Shown piece by piece: positions 1 to 9,808 of a DNA stretch of 64,000 bases. This stretch comes from a virus (Duplodnaviria > Caudoviricetes). The notes under the pieces were generated by a model. The model was not told where the DNA came from, did no database searches, and saw only the letters and a program-made list of their open reading frames with translations. Numbering within the stretch: the first letter of the stretch is position 1; each line of letters begins with the position of its first letter. The stretch spans positions 128,001-192,000 of the IMG/VR virus record IMGVR_UViG_642918906_000001; one strand, given 5' to 3'. A program made the position numbers and the translations under genes.

Positions 1-1302
1 TTCTTGACCCAGACGACGGCAACCGTCATAGTAACCTTTGTTCGCCACAACCTGTACGAAGTCTTCTGTGTTCTCACGTTGCAGTTGCAGTGCATCAGAA
101 CCCAACTGGTGTGGTGACAAGAAGGTAATGCCTCGTGGAGCAGTATAGTTACGCATGCGACGGAACAACAGTCGAATATCGTCACCAGCTACTTTAGCAT
201 CCAACCCAGTCTTAGGCAGCATATTGAGATAGTCAACACAAAGGAACTGGAGTTCAAAGCCTTGTGCTTGCAGTCCATCAAGATAGTTGACAAAACCAGC
301 TACTGTAAATTCAGTAGGGTCAAATCGAACCATCTTAGCTTTAAAGCCATTCTCTTCCAAGCGAGAGCATACATAAGCAGCTGCATCACGTTTGTCTACA
401 TCACGTCGAATAACAGGTTCACCTGTTTCGTTCTCTTTGAGGTAGCAGTACATATGCATCAAGTTGTCAGAGATCTCGTTCTCAAGTGTTACGAACAAAA
501 CCAAAGGCTTCTTTGTGGAATCCCGCATAAAGGGTCTGTTGAAAATACAGACGTGTAGGAACACGAACATCGCAAAGTAGGATTTACCTTGGTGTTGTAG
601 TGCAGCAGTAGTGATAAACTCACCACGGCGCAAAGCACCCAAAGGACCCAGTAGACGGTTAACGCCTTTCCAACCCAAACGGAATGCACCATCGGGCGAA
701 AGAGTATCTTGTGCTTTCTGAAAGATATCCTCTACGGATTCAGGATCGTCAAAATCGATACTACCCATCTCAGCAGGGTGTTTAGATTCAGCACGAGCTT
801 TTACATAAGGCTCAAGTTTAGCGCCCATTTCAGACACCATACTAACGATGTCCAGATTACCACGGTCTTGGAAGATCAGTTTTTGCGAATATTCTTTTAC
901 AACAGTCTTAATAGTCACGTCATTAAGATAAACGTTCAGTGTACCACGGCGACTATTAATGGAACGCATGATAGCCATGCCATCAGGGAAGTTCTCTAGT
1001 ACACCTTGCTCAACCGAATCGTAAAGATAAACTTCTTCACGGCAACTAACACGAACCAGTTGCAATACTTCTTGCAACCCAGGGAAAGCATTCTTTGGCT
1101 TCTGATTAAGTTCATTAACCAGATTGCGCAATTCAAGAAAAGTCTGCCGACCAGAGTCATGGTCAGCGGTGGTTTCTTTTACATCTAAAGAAGATACAAC
1201 TTTATCAATCAGCTCCGTTGACGGTGATGCTGGGGAGTCTTCACGGTGCTCAAGGCACAACAATGTAACGCATTGAACTAATAGCTGTTTGGGAGAAGCC
1301 AT
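1..1302 (-). CDS. dnaB: DnaB-like replicative helicase (phiKZ gp118-like), 3' end outside window
   Basis: Not in the ORF track. Manual minus-strand translation from ATG at 1302 gives MASPKQLLVQCVTLLC..., Walker A-like GALRRGEFITTAALQHQGKS, Walker B FLCVDYLNML and SPHQL motif, in frame to base 1. Lies divergent from the capsid genes. Confidence 0.9.
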   Translation of the reverse strand, partial: MASPKQLLVQCVTLLCLEHREDSPASPSTELIDKVVSSLDVKETTADHDSGRQTFLELRNLVNELNQKPKNAFPGLQEVLQLVRVSCREEVYLYDSVEQGVLENFPDGMAIMRSINSRRGTLNVYLNDVTIKTVVKEYSQKLIFQDRGNLDIVSMVSEMGAKLEPYVKARAESKHPAEMGSIDFDDPESVEDIFQKAQDTLSPDGAFRLGWKGVNRLLGPLGALRRGEFITTAALQHQGKSYFAMFVFLHVCIFNRPFMRDSTKKPLVLFVTLENEISDNLMHMYCYLKENETGEPVIRRDVDKRDAAAYVCSRLEENGFKAKMVRFDPTEFTVAGFVNYLDGLQAQGFELQFLCVDYLNMLPKTGLDAKVAGDDIRLLFRRMRNYTAPRGITFLSPHQLGSDALQLQRENTEDFVQVVANKGYYDGCRRLGQE

Positions 1303-1388
1303 TTCGAATCCTTGTAAAAATAGTGGAGTGTATCGTGTATCATTATTAATACAAGTATTAGTTTGTAATGTAAATATAGCAATATCAA

Positions 1389-1399
1389 TATGTAGAACT
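1389..1399 (+). promoter_or_regulatory. Candidate late promoter (TATG core, TATGTAGAACT)
   Basis: TATG is the phiKZ late-promoter core. The same 11-mer TATGTAGAACT occurs at 48433-48443, also upstream of head genes. Confidence 0.5.
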
Positions 1400-1430
1400 T
1401 TAACCCCTTTAAACCAATAGGTTGTGTACT

Positions 1431-1973
1431 ATGGTCCAACTGCTAGTATTACCTGAAGCTGTGTACGATCAGTACAAAGTAGACGGTGTCCAATTTAACA
1501 GATTGTTAGACACCAACTATATAGCTTGTCCTGACGTGAGTTCAGTCAATGATCTTGCACAGATTGACATTGCGTTGAATGAATTTCCCTTCGTGTTCTG
1601 CCCCGGTACTGGCATTGTCTTGGCCCACAGTCCACGAGTTGGCATTGCTATTGCATCGACTTCTGATGTCGAAAATAAGTTTATGATGCAAGATTTGCAT
1701 AATGCTTTAGAGGAACGCGTCGAAACGCTTTCGCTTCGCCTCGCTAACCAACCTAAGTTAGTAAGTGAATATTCCCTTTATCCTGTAGATGAGAATCTTT
1801 GGGTTGCGGTGCAGAAGAGTCTGCCTATCACCAATAGCGATCCTGAACGGTTAACTTTAATCAGTAACCGTACCTTCTTTGATAGCTTGATCTATGAGTT
1901 GCTGAGAACCTGCAAATTAAGTCAGGTAGCATCAACGAATCTCTTCAACTATTATCTTATGTCTAAGGTCTAG
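1431..1973 (+). CDS. Minor head/virion protein (phiKZ gp119-like)
   Basis: 180-aa ORF between DnaB and the major capsid gene; call rests on synteny. Confidence 0.65.
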   Translation: MVQLLVLPEAVYDQYKVDGVQFNRLLDTNYIACPDVSSVNDLAQIDIALNEFPFVFCPGTGIVLAHSPRVGIAIASTSDVENKFMMQDLHNALEERVETLSLRLANQPKLVSEYSLYPVDENLWVAVQKSLPITNSDPERLTLISNRTFFDSLIYELLRTCKLSQVASTNLFNYYLMSKV

Positions 1974-2049
1974 TTCCGGTGAAAAATAGATCTTTCACAT
2001 TTAGATACTTGTTTAAAACCAAAACCCATCCTGCGTAGGAAATTAATTA

Positions 2050-4290
2050 ATGAAACATCTTAAATCTCTGAAGTCTGTATTTAAAGCTACTACTGACGCC
2101 CATCAAACTTTCTCGATGGAAGGTTTTGTAAGCGCCATGAAGAAAGAAGACGATCTGGCAGACGGTCTGTTCCAATCGGCTGAACGCGCTGCTGGTCTGA
2201 TCGACTCGATCGGTACTGAATCTTTCGGTTCTAAGCATGATGATGCACAAACTGCATCCAGCCTGTACAAGCAAATCTCGAAGATTGCTCGTGACTATGG
2301 TTTTGAACAATACCTGTCGGCTGACGAACGTGTTGCCGAAAACCAACTGACCGCTGCTGTTCTGGGTTCCCTGGCTGCAACCAACACCAGCAAATACATC
2401 AAAGCTCTGCGCGGTGTATCGAAAATCGTTCCGTCGACCGAAGACATCAAAACCATCACCCAGACCTATAGTGGTCCTGCTGGCGGTATGGATGTATTCA
2501 CTGGCGAAGAAACCAAAGCTGTAGCTCTGGAAAACTACAACGAAAAATCGCAACGTGACTTCCGCGTTGTTACCGTTGGTTATAACCTGGCTGCTTCCCG
2601 TCAGGACGAGTTCGCTGAACGTATCTACCCAACCACCGTTATCAACCCTATCGAGGGTGGTGTGGTTCAGGTTCTGCCATACATCGCTGTAATGAAGGAC
2701 GTTCACCACTCCGTGAACGGTGCTCGTTGGAAGAACGACGAAGTGAACATGGTTGAAGCATACCGTGATCCGTCGATCCTCGACGACAACGCTACCGACC
2801 TGATCCCAGCTATCGATCCAGCCGGTACCAACCTGCATTACTTCGCTGACCCAGCTCTGATCCCAGCTGAGACTGTTGTTAACGAACAAAACCTGTCGAT
2901 CGAAACCGCTCCTCTGAAGCCTGGTATTCGTCTGGACCTGATGGGTAACTCCAACGCTAACCTGCTGATTGCAGCTAACATGCTGGACGTTTCCGACACC
3001 ATCGACCCTGCTGGTCGTCTGAAAGCTCTGTACATCAAGTTCCAGGATAAAGTGATCAAGTTCAAAGTAGACCGCATGCCACGCGCTGTGTTCCAACCAG
3101 ACCTGATCGGTGATACCCGTGGTGCCAAAGTTGACTTCTGGACCGACGACCTGACTGTAAGCTCCGTAACTCGTACTATCGACGGCGTACAAACCGCTGC
3201 CATGTCCGAACTGGAAGCTCGTGGCTGGGTACTGCGTCTGAGCGTAGACTTCACTGGTAACATCTCCACTTCGAAAGGTGATTCCCGCTTCACCAATGGC
3301 GACGCTACTATTGCCAAGATCCTGAACGCTGACCGTCGCGAAATCGACATCACCGCAGGCGATGGTAAAGTACTGGCTGATACCATTACCGATCTGGAAA
3401 TCGTTGGTTTCGAACTGCAAGTTCGCTTCACTAACACTAACCGTCGTCAGCGCGGTCACCTGCTGCAAACTCGTGCTCTGCAATTCCGTCACCCAATCCC
3501 AATGCACGCTCCAGTGACTCTGCCACTGAGCACCATGGAAGATGAAGGTCCAGGTGAAGTTGTTAAAGCTCTGACTGTTAACACCAACATCCGTAACAGC
3601 AACAACGCTGTTAAGACTCTGTTGAACTACCTGGCTCAACTGCGTGAGCTGACCGGTAACGGCTTCAACCGTCCAGTCATCAACGTGTACGAAGGTGCTC
3701 TGGCCGCTGTAATGCGTCCTACCTACCACTACGACACCATGCATCTGCCAGACATGATCGACACCCTGAAGTCGAAAGACCGTTGGGACGACGTCTGCTC
3801 GGCCATCCTGAACAAAGTTAAAGGTATCCTGTTCCCAGCATACCGTAACTCGAACATCGAAGCTGCCTTCCGAGTAATCTCGGGTAACCAAGACGAGCGT
3901 CCGATCTTCCTGTTCTGCACCGACAAAGAAATCGCCAACTACCTGATGACTAAAGGCGACGACCGCACCCTGGGTGCTTACCTGGAATACGACATCGTAT
4001 CCACTAACAACGAACTGTTCGACGGTAAGTTGGTAGTAGTACCTACTCGTAAGACTCCAGTTGAGAACGACATCCTGAGCTTCGGTCAGTTCTTCTACGT
4101 ATCGACCATCATCGCTGACCTGCCTATCACTCGTGGTGGTAATCAGATCACTCGCGAAATCGCAGCTGTTCCATTCAACCTGCACATCAACAACGTTCCA
4201 TTCGCTCTCGAATTCGACGTTACTGGTTTCGAACAGGTAATGGGCCACTCGATGTGGAACAAACCAGTTGTAGACGCCCTGGGCGCTTGA
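2050..4290 (+). CDS. Major capsid protein precursor (phiKZ gp120-like)
   Basis: 746 aa with extreme codon bias. AVALE|NYNEK processing site followed by YNLAASRQDEFAERIYPT, and TNTNRRQRG, typical of phiKZ-family capsid proteins. Confidence 0.95.
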   Translation: MKHLKSLKSVFKATTDAHQTFSMEGFVSAMKKEDDLADGLFQSAERAAGLIDSIGTESFGSKHDDAQTASSLYKQISKIARDYGFEQYLSADERVAENQLTAAVLGSLAATNTSKYIKALRGVSKIVPSTEDIKTITQTYSGPAGGMDVFTGEETKAVALENYNEKSQRDFRVVTVGYNLAASRQDEFAERIYPTTVINPIEGGVVQVLPYIAVMKDVHHSVNGARWKNDEVNMVEAYRDPSILDDNATDLIPAIDPAGTNLHYFADPALIPAETVVNEQNLSIETAPLKPGIRLDLMGNSNANLLIAANMLDVSDTIDPAGRLKALYIKFQDKVIKFKVDRMPRAVFQPDLIGDTRGAKVDFWTDDLTVSSVTRTIDGVQTAAMSELEARGWVLRLSVDFTGNISTSKGDSRFTNGDATIAKILNADRREIDITAGDGKVLADTITDLEIVGFELQVRFTNTNRRQRGHLLQTRALQFRHPIPMHAPVTLPLSTMEDEGPGEVVKALTVNTNIRNSNNAVKTLLNYLAQLRELTGNGFNRPVINVYEGALAAVMRPTYHYDTMHLPDMIDTLKSKDRWDDVCSAILNKVKGILFPAYRNSNIEAAFRVISGNQDERPIFLFCTDKEIANYLMTKGDDRTLGAYLEYDIVSTNNELFDGKLVVVPTRKTPVENDILSFGQFFYVSTIIADLPITRGGNQITREIAAVPFNLHINNVPFALEFDVTGFEQVMGHSMWNKPVVDALGA

Positions 4291-4377
4291 ACTGGAAAGG
4301 GTGGATTCCGTTACATGGAAGATGGTACTACTGTCAGATATGAAGAAAGCGGGATTGCCCGCCGACTAGAGCGGTGA
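4291..4377 (+). other. In-frame extension after the capsid UGA stop (putative readthrough peptide TGKGGFRYMEDGTTVRYEESGIARRLER)
   Basis: 28 sense codons in frame after TGA-A, ending at TGA 4375-4377 before the terminator. The peptide matches the C-terminus of the 31131-31682 product. Confidence 0.65.
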
Positions 4378-4391
4378 CACTAGATCATACG

Positions 4392-4420
4392 GCCAGTCCT
4401 TCGGGACTGGCTTTATGTTG
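4392..4420 (+). terminator. Hairpin GCCAGTCC-TTCG-GGACTGGC plus TTTATG flank
   Basis: 8-bp GC-rich stem with cUUCGg loop downstream of the capsid gene. Confidence 0.85.
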
Positions 4421-4440
4421 TCTTATGGGGTAATACAAAA

Positions 4441-4462
4441 TATTTGAGATTTATATCATTCA
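4441..4462 (+). promoter_or_regulatory. Candidate early promoter TATTTGAGATTTATATCATTCA
   Basis: 22-bp exact copy at 55889-55910. TATATCAT resembles the phiKZ early consensus TATATTAC, and both copies follow a terminator. Confidence 0.65.
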
Positions 4463-4501
4463 TTTGATCTTAATATTAATCCTTAACCAAAGGACCCGAT
4501 T

Positions 4502-5020
4502 ATGAGCTTCTTAGCGAACTATTGGAAAGCCGTTGAACGAGCTGTATCTGAGACGGGAATGAATCCAGGGGATATCGTAATCGACATCACCACTGTTAGT
4601 AAAAATACTGACGTGCCTGATGTTGTAGAGTCCTTTGTTAATGATGTAACACAACCCCAACCTGAGCCGGCGCAAGCTGGTAATATGCCCCAACCCAAAA
4701 CTGACTTTGAGGCTAGGGAATCCCTGGCTAGGAGGTCGGCTAGACCAAGCCAAGGAATCGAAGAACTGGAAGAAAACTACGATACCAAAGCTACCACCAA
4801 CAAAACCCGCGTCAAACGAGATGTACGAGTACGTATGGACGAAAGAGATTCCGGGATCACCGTCAGTCCTAATCCGACGAAAGAAGAAAGACGCAAAACG
4901 CGTAAGGCGGAAAACAAGCGTTTAAAGAAACTCGGTGGAGGTAGAAAAGTGAGGTTGATTATTGACGAGGTACGTTTGAATGACAGAACTATATGGTCGC
5001 CACCCGGCGTTGACCGATGA
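4502..5020 (+). CDS. Hypothetical protein with basic C-terminus
   Basis: 172 aa, AAGGA RBS, K/R-rich tail. Confidence 0.7.
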   Translation: MSFLANYWKAVERAVSETGMNPGDIVIDITTVSKNTDVPDVVESFVNDVTQPQPEPAQAGNMPQPKTDFEARESLARRSARPSQGIEELEENYDTKATTNKTRVKRDVRVRMDERDSGITVSPNPTKEERRKTRKAENKRLKKLGGGRKVRLIIDEVRLNDRTIWSPPGVDR

Positions 5021-6017
5021 CATCAAGCACATTGTTACACCAGGGCAACTACCTCGCCATCTGAATACATCGTTTAATAACAACAATGGTTTCAGCTCTG
5101 AAATGAAGTTTATCAATTCGAGTGGCTGGGATCTGTTGATATTGACAGCAGATGGTTTAAGGTTGCATAGTCCAGTCGGTTCTGGTAAATCAGATGGTAA
5201 CTGTTATTTCATGGTACGCTACAAACTAGGTGGTTACGTAGACCTAGACGTAAGTTGGCGTGCTGAGAATGAACCGTTGGTTAGACAGCAACTAGAAGAA
5301 ATCGAAAGACTAGTTTCGGCTTATCGGCAAGACCCTCTAACTGGTAGACCTACTTATCAGGAAGCGGTTATCGATTTTCACTATCGCGTAGAGTGTATTG
5401 AGTTAGATCATTACAAGCATGGTGTGTGGATTCCTGTACTAGGGATTCATCTGTTTCTATCAAATGGTCGAGACGCACTGTGTAAGCACTATGGTCGATC
5501 TATGTACACTGAAGTGATTGCGTTTAATAATGATTTCGCTAACCAAGAGGAGGTATCCCAGGCGACGGGATGTGGAGTCGTCTACTTTGTCAGTAACCCT
5601 ACTGAGAAAGATCCGATAATCATTAGTAATCGACACTTCAGTGGCGTAGTATTACCAACGTACGATCCCGGTCAAAAGCCTGGGGTTCATATCTACAATG
5701 TGGGGCAACGGAATGATACTACGAATAAGCAGTTAACTGACATCGTATTCATTCCAGTTATTGAGTTTGCAAAGAACGGCATTTATAGAAGTAAAGAAGA
5801 ACTGGAAGCAGCTCTAGATAACTTCGCTCGTAATATGAAAAATCAGAAAGACACAGTGGAATATAAAGAACTGCTTGAGAACATCCGACAAACATTCCCG
5901 GAGTTTTATAAGCGTTATGAAGTTCCTAGGAAGCCATTTGATTTGACTACGTTTATGACGGACGTTGTTGCGGGTATCGCAGCTGCCAGTAAGGTAAAAT
6001 CTGTAATAGGTGGTTAA
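4980..6017 (+). CDS. Conserved hypothetical protein (phiKZ gp122-like position)
   Basis: 345-aa ORF directly upstream of the nvRNAP subunit. Confidence 0.7.
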   Translation: MTELYGRHPALTDDIKHIVTPGQLPRHLNTSFNNNNGFSSEMKFINSSGWDLLILTADGLRLHSPVGSGKSDGNCYFMVRYKLGGYVDLDVSWRAENEPLVRQQLEEIERLVSAYRQDPLTGRPTYQEAVIDFHYRVECIELDHYKHGVWIPVLGIHLFLSNGRDALCKHYGRSMYTEVIAFNNDFANQEEVSQATGCGVVYFVSNPTEKDPIIISNRHFSGVVLPTYDPGQKPGVHIYNVGQRNDTTNKQLTDIVFIPVIEFAKNGIYRSKEELEAALDNFARNMKNQKDTVEYKELLENIRQTFPEFYKRYEVPRKPFDLTTFMTDVVAGIAAASKVKSVIGG

Positions 6018-6020
6018 GTA

Positions 6021-7655
6021 ATGATCTCTGAGATGGATGGATTTCTACGTAGTAAGATGCTAGAGCGAACAGCCCCTTTTAATAAGTCTGTAGCTAACGG
6101 GCTGGCACTCGAGCACCTGATGGGGGTTAACGAGGCAGGGCTATGTAATCGTCGAGCTTATATCGACAAGATCTGGGCATTGAACGCACAGATGTTTCCA
6201 GCCGGCTTTAAATATGAAGGTAGTGTGTTGTGCCGTCCTGAACAGATGGCTGCTGAACTAACACGTGAATATGGTTCTAAGCGTACAGCTAACATTGCTA
6301 AAACGAACCATCGGATGATCGCACTCAAGACCTCTTTTAAAGGAGAACCTTGTTTCGATCGGTATATCCTTATTCCGTTCATTAACCAAGATGGTACCTG
6401 CCCACTCAATGGTGCAGTGTATATGCCATCGCCAGTTATGACCGATGTGGGTTATTCGGTACTGGCCAATACAATCTTCATTCCGTTCCGCCGTGCCAAG
6501 CTGACCTTTAAACATGTGGACAACCATTACGTATGCAATGGTCGTCGTGAGATCAAACATGTTATCTGGTCGCAGATCCACAACGAAATGTCTAAGCGTA
6601 CCAAGAAAGATCTCGATAATCGTCATCGTATCGAATCGTGTCTGGCTCATTATTTCTTTTGTGAGTTCGGTGTTAAAGAAACCTTTAAGCGTTGGGCTAA
6701 TGCCGATATTCGTATTGGTAAGTTCTCGGACTTCGATGAACGCAAATACCCACGTGACAAATGGAACGTTTATCAATCGGCAAACTTGGTTGGGAAACAT
6801 CCGACCGGTGACATGGCGGTAGCTATCCCAATCGAATCCGATTCAGACTTCGTACAACGTCTGATGGCAGGTCTCTGGTATGTTGTCGACGCATTCCCTA
6901 ATCGGTTTGTTGAACCCTCTTATCTTGACTCCAGCGAACTCTGGCGTATCATCTTGGGCCTGATGATCTTCGGTGACTTCGAGCACCAAGGTAAACTCGC
7001 TGAGAACGTTGACGCACACATGACCTCGTTCAACGGTTATCTGGACGTCGATACAATCAAAGAGCTGGCATCGGTTAACGTAAAGGTTAACACGATCTGG
7101 GAGCTGCTGTACGAGATCATGACTAGCATGGCTCATCACTTCTATGATACTGACATGGACGAAACCAGTCTGTGGAATAAATCACTGAGTGTACTGCGTT
7201 ATGTATTCGATGATCTCAACTCGGCTGTAACTATGTTCGGTTATGGATTCCAATCCCGACTGGATAAAGACTGGACGATCAATGAGATCAACGATGCACT
7301 CAAGCGTTCGTTCAAGCCTAACACAGCTGTTAGACGACTATCGGTGGACCACGGTGAATTCGATACCGTGAGTTATCCTGGTGATAACAAAGCCATCAAG
7401 CTTACATCGATTGTTGTTCCGCAAGACAAAGCTAAATCTAAAGGTTCGCACAACAAATCGCTGATTGGCGATTCTAGTCGTTTGATTCACGTCTCGCTCG
7501 CTGACGTAGGTCAATATAAGAACCAACCTAAGAACAACCCAGATGGTCGGGGCCGATTGAACCTATACGTTGACGTTGGTCCAGATGGTACCATCCAACG
7601 TGGTAAGGATGATCGCGAGTTCTTAGATTCTGTACAAGCGCGATTCAACCGTTAA
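6021..7655 (+). CDS. Non-virion RNA polymerase beta subunit, N-terminal part (phiKZ gp123-like)
   Basis: 544 aa; size, synteny and motifs (FIPFRRAKLTF, HVSLADVGQY...PDGRGRLNLYV) fit gp123. Confidence 0.85.
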   Translation: MISEMDGFLRSKMLERTAPFNKSVANGLALEHLMGVNEAGLCNRRAYIDKIWALNAQMFPAGFKYEGSVLCRPEQMAAELTREYGSKRTANIAKTNHRMIALKTSFKGEPCFDRYILIPFINQDGTCPLNGAVYMPSPVMTDVGYSVLANTIFIPFRRAKLTFKHVDNHYVCNGRREIKHVIWSQIHNEMSKRTKKDLDNRHRIESCLAHYFFCEFGVKETFKRWANADIRIGKFSDFDERKYPRDKWNVYQSANLVGKHPTGDMAVAIPIESDSDFVQRLMAGLWYVVDAFPNRFVEPSYLDSSELWRIILGLMIFGDFEHQGKLAENVDAHMTSFNGYLDVDTIKELASVNVKVNTIWELLYEIMTSMAHHFYDTDMDETSLWNKSLSVLRYVFDDLNSAVTMFGYGFQSRLDKDWTINEINDALKRSFKPNTAVRRLSVDHGEFDTVSYPGDNKAIKLTSIVVPQDKAKSKGSHNKSLIGDSSRLIHVSLADVGQYKNQPKNNPDGRGRLNLYVDVGPDGTIQRGKDDREFLDSVQARFNR

Positions 7656-7674
7656 CTTAAAATCAAAGGGTGTA

Positions 7675-9765
7675 ATGATGCATAACTTCAATCCAAACCA
7701 AGGCCTCCCGGTCCCATGCACTGAGGTAGATCCACGGTGGTTTAATAACAATCTTCCGCAAGGTAATGATTGCGTTCCACCGATCCAACTGAGTCAATGG
7801 ATGCAGGCCAACCAACCGGTTGGATTGATGGCTATTGGTTTGGTACGTGGAATGGCACAAGCCGCAGCCAATAAGTCACCGACTCATACGTTCGTTTATA
7901 ACCTGTTCTGTCAGAACGGATTTCAAAATCAGGTATGGCAGCAATGGTGTCAGACAGCTGTAGACTTCACTGAGTTTCTGATCATCGTTCGGCAATACAA
8001 TCCTAATGATGCTGTTAAGAAAGCTGCACAGTGTGTTGTAGAAGCTGCAATGGGTGTAGCGTTCCATACTTACCCAGTGCTTCAGCAAATTACTCCAAAC
8101 AACTTCTGGGCTGGCCTGCAAGGTGCTCAGCAGATGTACCAATCGATGATTAACGATATTCGTTCGCTTCGATCGGGTAATTACAATAACGGGATGCCAA
8201 GTAACCAGTGGCAGGGCGGTCCCCCGCAAGGTAACCTCCCACCGATTAATGTTCAACAACACCAGTCGTACAGTGGTTATCAGAATCATGGAACTCAGGT
8301 AACAACTCAAGCAACTGTCTCGAACTATCAGCACACCAACTCGTCTTATAGCAATGCACCCACCGCCACCAGTGGCGATGTTGCTAACTCGCTGTATGAT
8401 GTACCTGTAAACGAACCTGCTAAACCGCTGGTCCCTAAAGAAGAGATCAGTTCCGGTTATGACTATTACAGCACACCACTTCAACAGGAGTCTGCTCCAA
8501 TGCAATCTTTCCCACAAGCTGCAACTGTAGAAGAAACTACTCTTCCGATTCCATCTAACGTAGCGGAAGTCGTAGTTGACCCAACCTATTATCAACCAAC
8601 CGGTTTCAAACTGGACATCAACCGTGCATACGACTTGATCCATAACCCAGGTGGTATCGTAATCCAACCAGATCAACTGGTGGATTGGGAAATCACTGTA
8701 GGTGATGACACTCCATGGCCTCAGCTGATGGACCCTAACACCTATTGCCGGTTCTTGGTCAAATTCCCCGACGGTATTGTCAAAGAGAAATTCGTTGAAT
8801 GGACCGATGCAATGAACTATCTCCGTCACGAACTCGATGCAGAACTGCGTCGTAAAGCCCACCGCCCTAACGGTATTGTCGTATCGAGTGCAACTCCTAT
8901 CTCCACCATCGGTGGTGATGCAATGAATGCAACTGAAGTTGAATCGCTGGTTAAGGATGGTCACCTGTCCCGTAGCGCTGTACCGCCAGTAATCATCTCC
9001 GGTGTATTCCAAGGCTCGACTGATCTTGAGATCGAAGGTCAAGTCCGCGAAGAACTTTCCAACATGCTGGAAGTAAACTTCAACGATGACATTCCAATGC
9101 CAGCGGTAGAGTATCGTTCTCAGTTCACCCATACGCTCCCACTGAGCGATGAAGCGGTAGAGGCAATCAATGATATCCGTGAAGCTAAAGATCTCGGTCA
9201 AGCCGCCCAAGGTATCAAAGCACTGGCTGTTCAAGGTGTGATCTCCATCCGTGTGATGCATGCACTGAACAAACGTCTGACCGATATTCTGAATACCACT
9301 ATCGCTGATAGCATGGGTCTGACTTGGGCTATCGACGACTTCTGTGAAGAGTATCTGGAACTGGAAGACTTCATCGAACAGAAACGTGGCGCTGCAATGC
9401 GTCGTGTACTGCAAGGTACCGGCGAGCAAGTCCTCAATCGTGCACTGACTATCGTAGCAACTGACGATGGTGGTGAACACACTGCAACACTGTATCACGT
9501 TGTAGATAACTATCTGAACCATCAGGTAGGTTGGGACCTCGCTGATCTGACCACCCTGAATCTGAAATCCGGTAAGCCTGTACTGATCAGTGCTCTGGCG
9601 CACCCAGTGATTCTGGAAACTCTGAAAGGTATGATCACCCGTAATAACAAAGCTCGTGAAGAGTTTAACGCTACCCTGCGTGTTATCACCCGTGATGGCT
9701 TCTATCTGGAAGTCATCAAAGGTCGTCTGATCGAGAACGCTACTCTGTTGAAACTCGTACGTTAA
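7675..9765 (+). CDS. Conserved hypothetical protein (gp124-like position) with Q/N/P-rich linker
   Basis: 696 aa, high-expression codon bias, follows the gp123-like gene. Confidence 0.8.
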   Translation: MMHNFNPNQGLPVPCTEVDPRWFNNNLPQGNDCVPPIQLSQWMQANQPVGLMAIGLVRGMAQAAANKSPTHTFVYNLFCQNGFQNQVWQQWCQTAVDFTEFLIIVRQYNPNDAVKKAAQCVVEAAMGVAFHTYPVLQQITPNNFWAGLQGAQQMYQSMINDIRSLRSGNYNNGMPSNQWQGGPPQGNLPPINVQQHQSYSGYQNHGTQVTTQATVSNYQHTNSSYSNAPTATSGDVANSLYDVPVNEPAKPLVPKEEISSGYDYYSTPLQQESAPMQSFPQAATVEETTLPIPSNVAEVVVDPTYYQPTGFKLDINRAYDLIHNPGGIVIQPDQLVDWEITVGDDTPWPQLMDPNTYCRFLVKFPDGIVKEKFVEWTDAMNYLRHELDAELRRKAHRPNGIVVSSATPISTIGGDAMNATEVESLVKDGHLSRSAVPPVIISGVFQGSTDLEIEGQVREELSNMLEVNFNDDIPMPAVEYRSQFTHTLPLSDEAVEAINDIREAKDLGQAAQGIKALAVQGVISIRVMHALNKRLTDILNTTIADSMGLTWAIDDFCEEYLELEDFIEQKRGAAMRRVLQGTGEQVLNRALTIVATDDGGEHTATLYHVVDNYLNHQVGWDLADLTTLNLKSGKPVLISALAHPVILETLKGMITRNNKAREEFNATLRVITRDGFYLEVIKGRLIENATLLKLVR

Positions 9766-9767
9766 AA

Positions 9768-9793
9768 CATAAAGCCCCTCCTGAAGGAGGGGC
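9768..9793. terminator. Hairpin GCCCCTCC-TGAA-GGAGGGGC with 5' CATAAA flank
   Basis: 8-bp inverted repeat right after the stop codon. Confidence 0.75.
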
Positions 9794-9808
9794 ATCTTAG
9801 AGGATGTA

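Noticed and set aside
262-1188. Short plus-strand ORFs at the window start
   Set aside because: They lie opposite the DnaB helicase frame, which has clear family motifs.
2047-4248. 733-aa antisense ORF over the capsid gene (likewise 7876-9837, 17003-18475, 48827-50032)
   Set aside because: Codon-aligned shadows of strongly biased sense genes, which rarely use TTA/CTA/TCA and so lack antisense stops. The translations show no recognisable motifs.
6021-7655. Introns or inteins in RNAP, UvsX, helicase or SbcC genes
   Set aside because: The ORFs are uninterrupted and of expected size, with no intein splice motifs or homing-endonuclease signatures seen.
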